From Perkinsus olseni (taxonomy: Eukaryota): DNA of 20,000 bases. The stretch's first letter is position 1; every line of letters starts with the position of its first letter. The DNA lies in the NCBI GenBank assembly GCA_013115125.1, contig JABANN010000083.1:57730-77729 (forward strand), read 5' to 3'. Made by a program: the position numbers and the translations under genes. Positions 7,795-18,945 of this stretch are shown here, piece by piece. The notes beneath the pieces were generated by a model. That model saw only the letters and a list, made by a program, of their open reading frames with translations. It was not told the DNA's origin and made no database searches.

Positions 7795-10700
7795 ATGCCT
7801 TCCTTGCCGCCTTTGAGCTCAACCGTCAGCACCTACTCCTCTGGCGGAGCGGAGCGAAGTTTTATCAGAGAATTTAGTAGTAGCAGGGCGGCCACCCTCC
7901 CGGAGTTGTTCAGACCAGGGAAGGTCTATGGCTACAAACAAGTAGCTAGGGGTGTCAGTAAAGGCGCATCATTGATAGCCGATGCCGCCCGTCATCAACC
8001 TAAGAAGCTAGGAGAGGAACTTAGCGGCGTGTGGGACAGCAGCTCTGAGACAGACCTTTGGAATGATGATACGCCGCAATCGAGTCGTGGGCGGAGGGCC
8101 AAGGTACTAAGGGGCGGGTGTAGTGTCCTTTGGGAGCATGTCCGGGATGCTGTCTCGGGTTACACTACCCTTACTGGGCGGCATATTGATCAGGCCTTGA
8201 ACCATACCACTTCGTCGTTAACGAGTATCCACAGCTCGATGCATGCACTGGACAGAGAGAGCTACAGAGTGAGTGTCAAGCAGTGTAGCCTTATGAGGAG
8301 ACTGAAGGTGTTGGACGGCCTAGAGGAGAAGCATAAAAGACATCTGAGAGAAATCCAGGAGTAATAGTCGACAGGACTTGGCCTGCCTAGCGGCCCGTTG
8401 CAGGTTTCAAAAGATTCTCCGTGAAGACGCTAGGGGCCTGTCGAAGAGGTTGGAGGGGATTCAGAAAGAAGCGATCGAACTGAGGAGGGAGGGCCCGGCC
8501 GGGACGATTCCGTCGGCGGGAGACGACGGAGACGTTAAGTGCTTAGAGGACCACTCAGAGTTGAGGCCTAGCTTGCCACCAATGGAGGAAGATGCGTTCA
8601 GAAATATCGCCATACCACTCCTTCGCGAAATCTATTCGAGGGTGTGCCCTCTCGAACGTAATCGGTCGTTGGATGGCGCACCACCTTCGGCCGTCGGAGC
8701 ATCGAGGTCCTCAGCGAGTGTTGAGTCCTCTCGTCGACGAGCTTTTCTCGGCAGCGTCCACGGTGAAGTCGATCCGGAAATTCTGGAGAGGATTGCCCGT
8801 TTGAATCGATGGTTCAACTCGAACTCTTCCAAGTGGGGTCAAAGCGGACGGAGGAGCTGCCACGACGTGAGGGCGGTGGTCCTGATGACGCCCAGAGGGG
8901 CCCTTCGGAAGGTCCTGGAGGCTCGTTGCGGTGGGTTGAAGAAGGCGTATCACTGTCTTGATTCTAGTGGTAATGGCCAGCTGTCTAGGGTAGAGTTCGA
9001 AGGAGCTTTGAAGACCCTAGGAGTTCCTTGGGAAGATGCCACTGGGGTGACGGACTTCCCAGCGCTTTGCCGAGTGCTGGGCGAGAAGGAGGGCGAAGTG
9101 ATGCTGCCGGAGGTGCTCGGAGTACGCCCACAGCCAACTCAATGGAAGGATCTGACGGAGGAACAGAAATGGTAGTACGGCCGGACAGGACTAGACTTGC
9201 CGGTAGTAGGCTACTACTAGTAGCGCTCGAAGTCCGGTGGTAATCACTACTGATCACAAGCCTCTGAGATGCGCGATGAGCCCTTCTGCACTTGAGCGCC
9301 TCGCTAGGCGTTCGGCTCAGTATTGTTCACACCTATTACACTCCTTCCCTCACCCGAGGACGACGCCGGTCTTACCGTTCAGGCATCACTACGCCAGAGG
9401 GGTCAACGACATGCTGCCGTCCTCAGCCGTCCTGGGACCGTTGGACGATACTAGACAGAGACCCAAACGAAGGCTGTCAGGGGATAGGTACGCCCCCCCC
9501 CACTCGACGGTCATCGCTTCGGCCATGTCATCTATTCTCAGGACTGCGGCCTGGAAGGCTAACGCCTTGTCGCCTTACACCACCTTGGCCAAGATACGCG
9601 CAGTGGAGACGTCAAGGCACTTCGTCAAGATGCGATTCAGGAGTGGCGATCACAGCGTGTCGAAGAAGTGGGTCTCTGACGGGAAGGTGGAAGGGTTCAG
9701 CGTTCCGCTGTGGCAGGTACATACGCCCGAACGTGGACACTAGGAGCCTCCGTCAGACGACCCGGCAGAGGATAGAAGACTCGAGGCGACGCTGTGATGC
9801 TCTGATAAGGGACATGGGACGTTATAGGAAGGACCTGCGCAAGACTACTGACCACTTCCATGTAGCAGCAGTAGAGCACGGTACCCCATTATGCAATCGG
9901 AGACACTTTGGGGAAAAGTTGGTATGGTTGTTACCACTTTTTAGGACTACCTAGTTGCCTCATCGAACCTGAACCCTAGGGTCTCCACGAACGATGATCA
10001 TAGCAATGAAAGGTTCGACCCAGCCGCCGCCACCGGTACAAGTCTACGGACCCTACCTCAGGCCTGTAGGGGAGGAGCGCCAGCGTTGTCTCGAGAGGCA
10101 AAGGACTCAGGCAGCCGAGACTTTGGAAGATTGTGGCAGAGGGTCGGTCTTCGAGAGTAGCCGGAAAGCGGCCTTCGGTTCCGAGAAAATCGATAAGGTC
10201 CTGTCCTCACTTTTGACGGTACGCCTCTCATCGGATGGTCGGCAGGTACGTATCTTCATGGACCTCGCAGCGGAGCTGTCACCTAGAGAGAGGCTGGTCC
10301 GAGAGGCGGCTGAGCACTATAAGATTCCACTGTTTGACGCTGAGGACGTGTGGAAGAAGTTTAAGAAGGTCTAGTACTGATGATATCATTTTGTGTGCCT
10401 GATGGGTCGTGCCGTAGGTCTGTTCCGATGGCTCGTCCACTATCGGCAAGAAGGAGTTCGAAACCCTTCTCCTGCAGCTTTTGAAGGTTGGTCCTTTGCG
10501 TCTTCGTATGCTTTTCGGGCCCAGAGCTGGTTGAGAGGCTTCGAGGTCTGAACCATCACTGACTATGAGTGACGGTTCCTTCCTCTCTCGGGAAATCCCA
10601 GCCTTTAATCGTGCGTGCCCTCGCGTGCCATTGGGAAATGACGCGTCCCACCAATCGATCCGAGGCGACCGCCATCGTCGGGGTCGAGTCCCTCACCGAG

Positions 10701-10899
10701 CCCGCGGTGTGGTCTGTCCGTCTGCGTGTGGTGGTGGTCTTCATGCGAGATTCCACCGCCCTTTGGTTAGATGCCAGCTCTACGGCCGAGCAAACTGGAG
10801 GAGTGGTGGCGCAGCGTTGATACGCGGCAGCGAGGGAAGATTGACTTTGTCGAGTTCCTGCGGTACTATTGGCCACGGCTGCGTGTGAACCCCATGTAA
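7795..10899 (+). CDS. Large multi-exon EF-hand protein with coiled-coil-like segments (may be two genes)
   Basis: ATG at 7795. Intron 8361-8403 joins ..REIQE to FQKILRE. EF-hands: AYHCLDSSGNGQLSRVEFEGAL (~8945-9010), VWKKFKK|VCSDGSSTIGKKEFETLL (~10350-10475) and the terminal exon 10771-10899 LEEWWRSVDTRQRGKIDFVEFLRYYWPRLRVNPM*. Middle exons (9175-10260) were not resolved. Confidence 0.65.
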
Positions 10900-11007
10900 T
10901 GCTTGCTTGCTGCTCGCCCTCCTCCTTTCCTTCTCCTGTTGGGTTCCCGAGGTCGAGGGGGTCGGAGAACGCGTCGGCTTTCTTCGTGTCTGGGCCAGCT
11001 TACGTGG

Positions 11008-13093
11008 ATGACCGCCTCGTCGTCGTCGTCCTCCCCTACGGCCCTCTTCAAGTGCTGCCTCGGACGTAAAGGCTGCTACCAGGAGGCCATCCATCTCTGG
11101 GCTAGTCGGCCCCTAGCCTCGCTCCTAGGCAGTAGTGATGATGATGTTCCCTCATCAGGGACGGCGAGTCGGGAGGACTCCCCCCGGCCTGAGGACGACG
11201 GACGGCTGATTGAAGTGAGCTGGAGGGTCTCCCCTGCAGTTGACCCGACCGAGCTTCTTTCCTCAGGCGTTGTTGGCAGTTCGCAGTTCGCCAAGCCCCT
11301 CGGCGGAGGCCCGACTGGTCACGGTCGTACGGGAGAGTCCCCCGGAGGTGGTTAACCGGTGGCTGTTGCAAATCTTTTGTGCCCTTGCCAACTCGGCGGA
11401 GGGCGGGGAGATGCTGCGGGAAGTCTACCAGGAGTCAGGAGAAGAAGCCGCTCTCACCCTACTGGGGCTCGCCCAGATTGCTGACCATGACCGCTGCGCC
11501 ACGAAATTACTTGAGTCCCTCACCCCGGTCGTCCCCGAGGGCCCTGACCCTACTCTGGCATGCATGGACCTTGTGAGGCAGCTGGGCGAGATCTCGACCC
11601 ACCTAGCGACTCTGCCCTTCTCGCGACGACGGGAAGTCCTCGAGTGGCGGCTGAGGAAAGTGAAACTGTCGACAGCTTTTTGGCTGGTCGCCGAGGGCTG
11701 GGAGGATGTCCGAGAGATCGACCTTCCGCGGTCGTTCCTCCTGAATGAGTGGAGCAGCTCAGCTCCATTCCATGTCTGCTTGAGATTGAGAGATACGCTC
11801 TCTACCCCCGAGATCCCCAGCAGTGGTCTCGTCGGTCAGTCCACCGATGGGAGTTTCTACCCGACGTCGATTCTCTCCCTCGCGCCGCGGCCCCCCCGCA
11901 AGTCGGCTGTGGTCGGCTCCGACGCGATGGCCTCCGGGGAGCGGACGGCGAGGAGAATGACCACCACCTCGAAGAGGTCCTCTGCGTGGAGGGTGGAGGT
12001 GTCTGAACCCTCTCCTCGCGCGATCTCTCCAGGTCGGGTGGTCTCCCTAGTGGCGAAGGCAGGGGCTATGCCCGTCGTCCAAGAGCGACTGGCTTTGTCT
12101 ATGATATCCTGGGCGAGAGCTCGGTGGCTCGAGTGCCCTCGAAGGAGTCTTGAACGATCCCTAGGAGACGCTGTGAGGTTGTACGGGGTCATTTGCACAA
12201 CCAGCGGTGGAGTAGTGGAGGCCGTTCCCAACGCGGTCAGCTTGGACGCCCTTAAGAAGGCCCACGGCGACAGCTGGGTGTCTCTAAGGGCCCACTTCGA
12301 GGACCGCTGGCCGGGGGCGGAGGGGGAGGCTGCCCTGGATAGGTTCTGCCGGTCTATGGCAGCGTACTCGATACTCTGCTACGTCCTCGGCGTCAGGGAC
12401 CGCCATAATGCTAATATATTGCTCTGTGATGACGGTGGGTTGCCCATTGTAGAAGAGGTAGTCGGGAATCTTCTGTTTTTGTCAGGGAGCATCTGTCATG
12501 TTGATTTTGGGTTTTTCCTAACCAACAGCCCCGGTAACGTCGCCTTCGAGCCATCACTGAAGCTCACTGAGGAGCTGGTCGAAGCGTTGGGAGGAGAGAA
12601 TAGCCGACGCTTTGGCGTCTTCCGGGAGATGGTCGTCCGAGGCTGCATAGCATTGCGGAGGGAAATTGACACTCTGAGGGGGATGACAGAGGTGAGGCTG
12701 AATCGCCCAGGACCAGTGGAGCCGTTCTTTCCTCCCCTCCCCTGCACGGTGCATGGTTTCTGTCCATACAGTATCCTGGCGGATCGTTGGTTGTGGTGCT
12801 TGTCGTCAGTTGCTCTTCCCGTCGCCATCATCACCGGACCCTGGAGGGTGGTGGGTCGGTCCTAAGCTGTCCTGTTTCTCCCACGGCCTCCACCAAACCC
12901 TCCTTCAAATGGACCGAAGACTGAGACTCGAGCTCACTGAGAAGGCCTTCAGAGAGTACCTGCAGGACCTGATTGACCAGTCCGTTGCCAACTGGCGGTC
13001 TAGGTGGGAGGGCCTGAGCGTCACCGTGCTGCCCCGGCTGTCGTCCTTAGGTGGTACGATCGTTACCAGCGCTACTTCGGCGGGATATTGTGA
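11008..13093 (+). CDS. Phosphatidylinositol 4-kinase type III beta (Pik1)-like lipid kinase, divergent
   Basis: Motifs FCRSMAAYSILCYVLGVRDRHNANILL, HVDFGFFLTNSPGNVAFEPSLKLTEE and the C-terminus LSCF..LTEKAFREYLQDLIDQSVANWRSRWYDRYQRYFGGIL* match the PI4KIII-beta catalytic domain. Introns at 11215-11266, 12435-12485, ~12692-12809 and 13004-13050. Confidence 0.88.
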
Positions 13094-13190
13094 TCGCCCA
13101 TGCACAGTTGATGTTACAGTGATGGTATTATTGATTTGCTCACTGCCAGCGTTGTGTTTGAGTGCCTCGAGCTGACTACTTACGGTAAAT

Positions 13191-16100
13191 ATGGTGGGTT
13201 TGGCGTACCGGGTAGTGGCATGGTCTTCTCTGAGAACGGTCTATGGTTCGATACTTGGCGATTGCTCAATCACCGACGTGTTCGGGCCAGTCCCTCTTGT
13301 GAACATGGTAGCCCCTCCGCCCCCTTCGGATATCCTCGCCGCTGTCGACCCCGTAGTTCCTCCGCACATACTGGAGTCTCTCCTATGTCAGAAGAACAAG
13401 CCCTTGATCAGTCGGGGTAGTAGGCCTGGGCCCTGTCAGCTCGCCTTCAACCGCTCTATTGTAGTGCCTCTGTCTAAGGAAGCCTTGAGGAGGATCTCCT
13501 TCGAGGCCGAGGCCTTGTCGGGTAAGCTGGCTGGTGAGGCTCTGGCGAGTTGCAGAAAGCGACGAGAAGTAACAGCAGAGGACCGAACGGTAGCAGGCGG
13601 GCCGTGTCACTGAGCGATGACCTCATGCTGTTGTGTAGAGATCGGAGCCTGGCGTGGACGTCGGAGCGGCGGAAGAGGACGATCTCATGCGAGCTCTGGA
13701 AGGAGGGGATGGTTCTTCCCTATCGGAAGAGGTAGGTTCCTCCCATAGCCCCCTTGAGCCAGTCTTTCAGGGGCACAGCGGCAATCGAGTAACCCTCGAT
13801 GATGTCATCACTGCGACCAAGGCGATGGGCATGGCCCTCCCCAGCAGTTTGAGGACCCAAGTACATGGCCCTCCAGGATGACTCAGTCGAGGCCGTCAAC
13901 CTCCTGTACATACCCACTGGAGCTTGGACGCCTCGAGGACAGCCACTACCATTATAAGTGCTACAGCCTTGGTGGGAATTGATTTTGAGAACTGCATTCA
14001 CCTGGTCTCCCGTCCTGAGTTATCGGGTCCATTCGGCAGAAGTATGGGACACCATCGCCCTGGGAATGGTCGGTTTTTTCCTTCGCTACTGCAGCAGTAT
14101 CCTGTTGATGTTCCGCTACCCTACTGCCTAGCAGCCCCCTCATGCCCCTTCCCGTACCCCAGTCTAAACTCAATGCTATACGCCAGGACCTCCTCTGCAA
14201 GGTTAGTTGACGGCGGCCGTCAGTTCTGTCCTACATAGTCTAGGGTGGTGTCAGGATGGTGATAGGGAGACCGAGGCCATGGCCCAGTTGTACGACATCC
14301 CCGCCACTCCGGGCTACGACAACGTATGGCGTCTCATCGATGAGGTCTACTCAGAGCATCTCGTCAAGGTACGGAATGGGTTTTGTGTTGAGCATGGGTC
14401 AACCTTGGATACCTTGGATTTTTGAGCCTGAAGTCTTTTAGGGGCCACTCCGGAGCGAGGTGAAGGAGATCAGAGCCACTTGGCGCAAGGCTGGGTTCAA
14501 GAGTGATCGGCCGAAGAAGCCTCACCGTCGTCATGGGTCGAAGGGCAGCAACAGCAGCACCACTACTAGCAACAGTACGCTGGGGACGGCACAGAAGCGA
14601 GAACGGGGGAACAAGGCCAAGGACAATCCGGTGAGAGGTTCGCGAGGCAGCTGCTGCCTGTCGTCCATCCGCGATCAGTGGCAGCTGGTATGCTTCCCAT
14701 CGTCTTTTCTCTGATCCTCTGTGTTAGGGTCCTTCCGCGGAGTCAGCAGAGGGCAACTCTGCCGCCGCTCTCACCCTTCCCTCTCCGCCAGCCTCCGCCC
14801 TGTGGTGGTGTGACGTGTGCGGGTGGAACTCGGAAGCTGCATCATCATCATCAGTCCAGTGTGGGGCGTGTAAGGTGAAGGTCCACAAGACATGTGCCGG
14901 CTGCAATTGGGGTGAGCGGGTCGAGCTTGAATACAGGGCGCCTGGCTACAGAAGACTTAGATTGCGTACATAGCGATCGAGGTTGCGGAGGGAGTTCTCT
15001 TCGACACGTATGGGTTGTCATCCGGTCACTCGGTTATTGCTCTCCGCACTCTGCTCGCCCGTGAACGACCAGTCAAATTCATTCCCGCGTGAGGAGGGGA
15101 GTCTACGTTAAGGCCGTACCAAGAAGGTTCCAGTCGGCATCTCTGCGGTCACGAAAAGACTTTTCGGAAAAGTTCCCTGAATCTCGGATCGCAATGGGCG
15201 CCAATATGACCGCGTGCCACGAAATTATACTCCTCAGGTACCCGCGGGCTCTGCCAGTTGTGTTCGACCGTTGCTGAAACAGAAGGAGCGTCCATTGAAG
15301 ACATGAGGCAGTTCGGTGGTGAGCTCGTCTCCGAACGAAGTCCCTGCCAGATCTGCGGCCAGAAGTAGGCCATTCAACACAACCTGTCACCACCCCGGAC
15401 CATCCCCCTCGTCCTCAGCTACATCGATTGCACCAGCGACTCCGGGGAGAGCATGCGAATCGGTCTGTACATGGTAGGGGCGACCGGCGGATGGTCGCAC
15501 GGCATCTGCAAGAAGTATACCAACACCTCTGCCCCCTCCTCGTCGGTCTGCCAGTTGAAGGACCTTTGTGGTGGTCTCGGCGGTGCCTCAGTCCGGTGCG
15601 CGGTCTCCCAGTGCCAGGCTGCTGCCCACGCTCTTTGCGCTGCTTTCCGGTTCCGGCTGACCGCTCATGAGCCCAGCTTCCTCTGCGACCCTCACCTGGC
15701 CTCCGGGTCCTCCCCAATATCGTCTTCCACCGGGGAGAGCGAATCCCATCACGAGACCAGTACGCGGTATAAGCGGAATAAGATCCAGCTGGTGGACTCT
15801 CCGATCGCCAGCAAGAGGCGACGGCGGCGGAGCGACGTGGAGATACCAAAGCCGACAGAAGCGCCGCGGCCAGCACCCGTCGAGGTCGAGGAAATTCGCT
15901 TGGTGAACGGCCCACCGCCGAGGGTCTCCGCTGCTCCAACCTCGGTGGCGGCGCCTTCGAGTGCTGGGCCGTCGCACAGTGTGCCGTCCGAGCGGCGGAA
16001 GATATCGGCGAAGATCGCTGCGGCCTTGGGGGACCCCACCGACGCTGAGGCGATGCGATCTCGTCTGACGGCGGCGGCAAAGGAGATCGAGGAGAGGCTC

Positions 16101-16580
16101 TTCGAAAGGGAGGCGTCGAGCAGGGGAGGGTATCTGAGTTTAGTACGCCAATTCAAGAAGTTCCTGTCGAAAGCAGATTCGGTGCCTCGCATGAAGCTTC
16201 GGAAGGGGGAGGTCGATGGGGCGTACGTCGGCGGACTTGAGCCGTGGGAGCTGCAGGATGAGGAGTCCATCGAGGAGAGGCGGCGATTGGATAAGAAGAA
16301 CATGCGGATGGTCACCCTTGGCGACATCCCCAGGGAGGTTGACGACGACCAGCCCTTGCCAAGTCACGACGGAGCCGACGCTTCTCCCCAGGAAGGCCTT
16401 TCTGTCGGTCCCAACGGCCTCCCTGTGATGCCTCCTGCTCCTACTACTGACGAGGCGTCTCCCACGGACGTTACTTCCGCTGACTGTGTTAATTTAATCG
16501 AGTCCGACTCCGACTTCGACGCAGAGAGCTCCGACTCCGAAGCCACCAAGGAGCGGCAACGATTATGGTGGGAGACATGA
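13191..16580 (+). CDS. Chromatin/transcription protein with a PHD-Zn knuckle-PHD (PZP) module and a TFIIS central-domain-like region; linkage of the 5' exons is tentative
   Basis: PHD1: CDVC..CGAC.V.VHKTC (14809-14895) ..LCQLC (15252-15263). Knuckle: CQIC (15345-15356), intron 15365-15418, ..WSHGIC. PHD2: CQLKDLC..GASVRCAVSQC...HALCA..FLCDPH. Then RRKISAKIAAAL..AAKEIEERLF..Y...VRQF..FL..KLRKGEV..EL.....EERRRL, which is TFIIS_M-like. The start at 13191 and exons 13191-14640 are less certain. Confidence 0.75.
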
Positions 16581-16621
16581 GGGTTGATAACCTCTCCTTT
16601 GTATTCTTTGTTACTATGAAT

Positions 16622-16645
16622 TAGACTTCCAATTGGACTTCCAAC
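16622..16645. repeat. Short imperfect tandem duplication, period 12 (core GACTTCCAA x2)
   Basis: tagacttccaat-tggacttccaac, in the region between convergent 3' ends. Confidence 0.6.
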
Positions 16646-16888
16646 CGATATAACATTTCTTCGGCGACATTATTGTAGTCGTCGTCAGCTGTGCGTGTAT
16701 TCATTTCTTAGACACTTGTCTTTGTGTTTGTGAGTTGGGAGCGGTGCGGTACTAAAGAACACAACAGCAGTAGTGATACGGTAACATGACACGTCTTATT
16801 GACATGAAGAGTAGGGGATAGTTCAGCACGCACGAGGTATATCAGTTGAGTGTTGTTAAGACACTAGAGGAAGAAAAATTGATAAGAT

Positions 16889-18374
16889 TTAAGGCAGGAG
16901 GTCGTCAATCTTATCGCCGTTCTCGAGGGCCTGCTCCAGTTGCACAAGCTTGGCGCACCCTTCGACCATGATGTTCACCAATTGCACCTCGCTCTTGCCA
17001 ATCCTGTCCTCGTTGGAGATATCGTAGATGCCGCCCACAGAGGCCGAGTCGACCCCAGAACCGCCACGAGCCTGCAGTCCCAGCTTCTTGCAGAGGTCCT
17101 TGAAGTCCGGTCTAGCGGAGAGCAGTGGGACCTTCATCATAGCCGAGGCGCGGAGACCAGTGCCCAAGTTGCTGGGGCAGGTCAGAATGAAGCCCAAATG
17201 GTCATTGTGCATGAAGTCATAGCCCTCACTCTTCAACACGTCCTGTACGCCATTCACGGCCACACAGAAACGCTTGAAGATTCTCTTGATGTCGGCGCCC
17301 TTCTCCATGGAGATGATCCTCATGTGGTCCTCCTCGTTAACCCAGACAAGGAAGTTCTTCTCGTCGTTGTGGAAGATACCGCGGGCATCAGGCCAGTGAC
17401 GGCCCATCCCGCTGGACAACAGCAAGGTCGAGTCGGGCTCCTGGAAGAGGAAGTGGTTCTCTCGCATATCCTCCTCTTGCTCCCTCGTCATGCCACCAGG
17501 CTTGGGCTCGAAGCTCTTGGAGCCGTGGAGGGGGTAGTAGTCGCCCTTGAGCTCCTCCTTGAGGTTGAGCAGACCCTTCACGATGATGCGCTCGAGCTCA
17601 CGCCTCTCCTCGAAAGTTACACTGGGGGGCAGACGAATTCCGCGGACCGAACGGCCAGTGCGGACGCGGGTAGAAATGACGTACCTAGGGATGACACGAT
17701 GGTCGAAGTGGAGGCGGGCGGAGTAGCCCTTCTCACTTTCCGGAGGGGTCGATGGGCGTGTCCGAAACCTTGGTGAAATCGAGGTCGGTGGTGTGAGTAG
17801 CGTCAGCAGGGAACCCACCATGACGGCGGTCGATGACAGGATCGAATCTGCAAGGGGGCAACGTAGCGAGAGAGGCGACCTAGTTGCGTTACAGATCCTT
17901 GAAGACCTCGTAGCTCTCCTCATCTCCAGCAACCAGCCCTACAGTCTTGATAGACGGGTGCCCGGGGTTGTCGACGCCAGTCTTGATGCACTTCCCAAGG
18001 TTCACACCTGCCGATGGAGGGATGCCTGATTGAGACGAGACGGGCAGTATGCTCACCGTTTTTGGTGGTTTTCCCTTTGAGCTGGTCATAGAGTTCCGGC
18101 TTTTCGCACATCAACTCGGCCATATAGCTGCTGTGCTTCGAGAGATCAGGCAGCTTTTCAGGAAGCTGAAATAACGGAGAACAGAGTCGGCACCGGGCAG
18201 CCATCGAGGGGCGGCCCGAGTGGGGTCAGTTGCCGAGGGATAGCTTACGTTGTCGGCGTCGAAGGTCGCCTTCTTCTCGTCACACATGTACTCCTTGTCA
18301 CCAAGGCCGAGCTTGATCCACTCGGGGAGGTGATCGACAGTGGGAGCCAGGCCAGATGGAGGGTAGGAAGCCAT
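16889..18374 (-). CDS. CK: Creatine kinase-type phosphagen (ATP:guanido) kinase, 418 aa, 5 exons
   Basis: Exons 18374-18249, 18165-18057, 18007-17893, 17847-17737 and 17684-16889 (1257 nt, phases consistent). Motifs [70 protein letters not shown] and GVD..DISN.DRIG.SEV. Strong GC3 bias. Confidence 0.95.
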
Positions 18375-18597
18375 TGTCTGTAGAGGAGTAGTGTTAGCGA
18401 TGACGCTGCAAAGGAGGGAGTCAGAGCACCGAGAGCGGATTTGAAGCACGACGATAGTGCCCCTCAAGCATGCTCTACACAAGTTGAATGATTCCAACCC
18501 GCAATCGGGGCTCGTGGGCTATAGAGCTCATAGGGGGCAACAAAGGCCCCATGAGACACGAGAGAGCCTAGAGGCAACGCTTGAGACGAGACGGGCA
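18030..18597. repeat. Exact 17-nt dispersed repeat TTGAGACGAGACGGGCA (two copies)
   Basis: Copies at 18030-18046 (CK intron 2) and 18581-18597 (~210 nt upstream of the CK ATG). Confidence 0.85.
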
Positions 18598-18945
18598 AGA
18601 CGAGACTGCTGATCCGTCTCTTCCCATATACCGGCCGCCCAAACTCGGCGAGCGAGCAAGCCCCTGCCAACTCGCTCGAGTCTGGCCTATAGACTCGGTC
18701 ATAGAGAATGGGTGTGACAATACGCTCCCGATAGTCACAACCAAGCTTCATCAGCAAACAGTTTAGCGTACGCTATTAAGTGAAAGTAGTCGTCCGTAAT
18801 TCATGCCTCACACCCCCTCTTGCACCCTCAGCACTCGGTGCAGAGACAGTGAGTCTACCGACTACGTTAGGTGAGTGAAAGCGAAGGAACCAGCCAGTTG
18901 ACTGACATTCACCATGCAAAGAGAACGAGTATACCTTGCAGCGCT

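Noticed and set aside
10897..11069. TAATG stop-start overlap suggesting translational coupling
   Set aside because: The downstream 56-aa frame has no features or support, and the PI4K model starts more plausibly at 11008.
15415..16549. Long minus-strand ORFs (221, 192 and 129 aa)
   Set aside because: Antisense to the GC-rich PZP/TFIIS exon, with no independent coding signal.
16940..17776. 278-aa + strand ORF
   Set aside because: Antisense shadow of CK exon 5. Strong codon bias removes antisense stops, and no motifs are recognisable.
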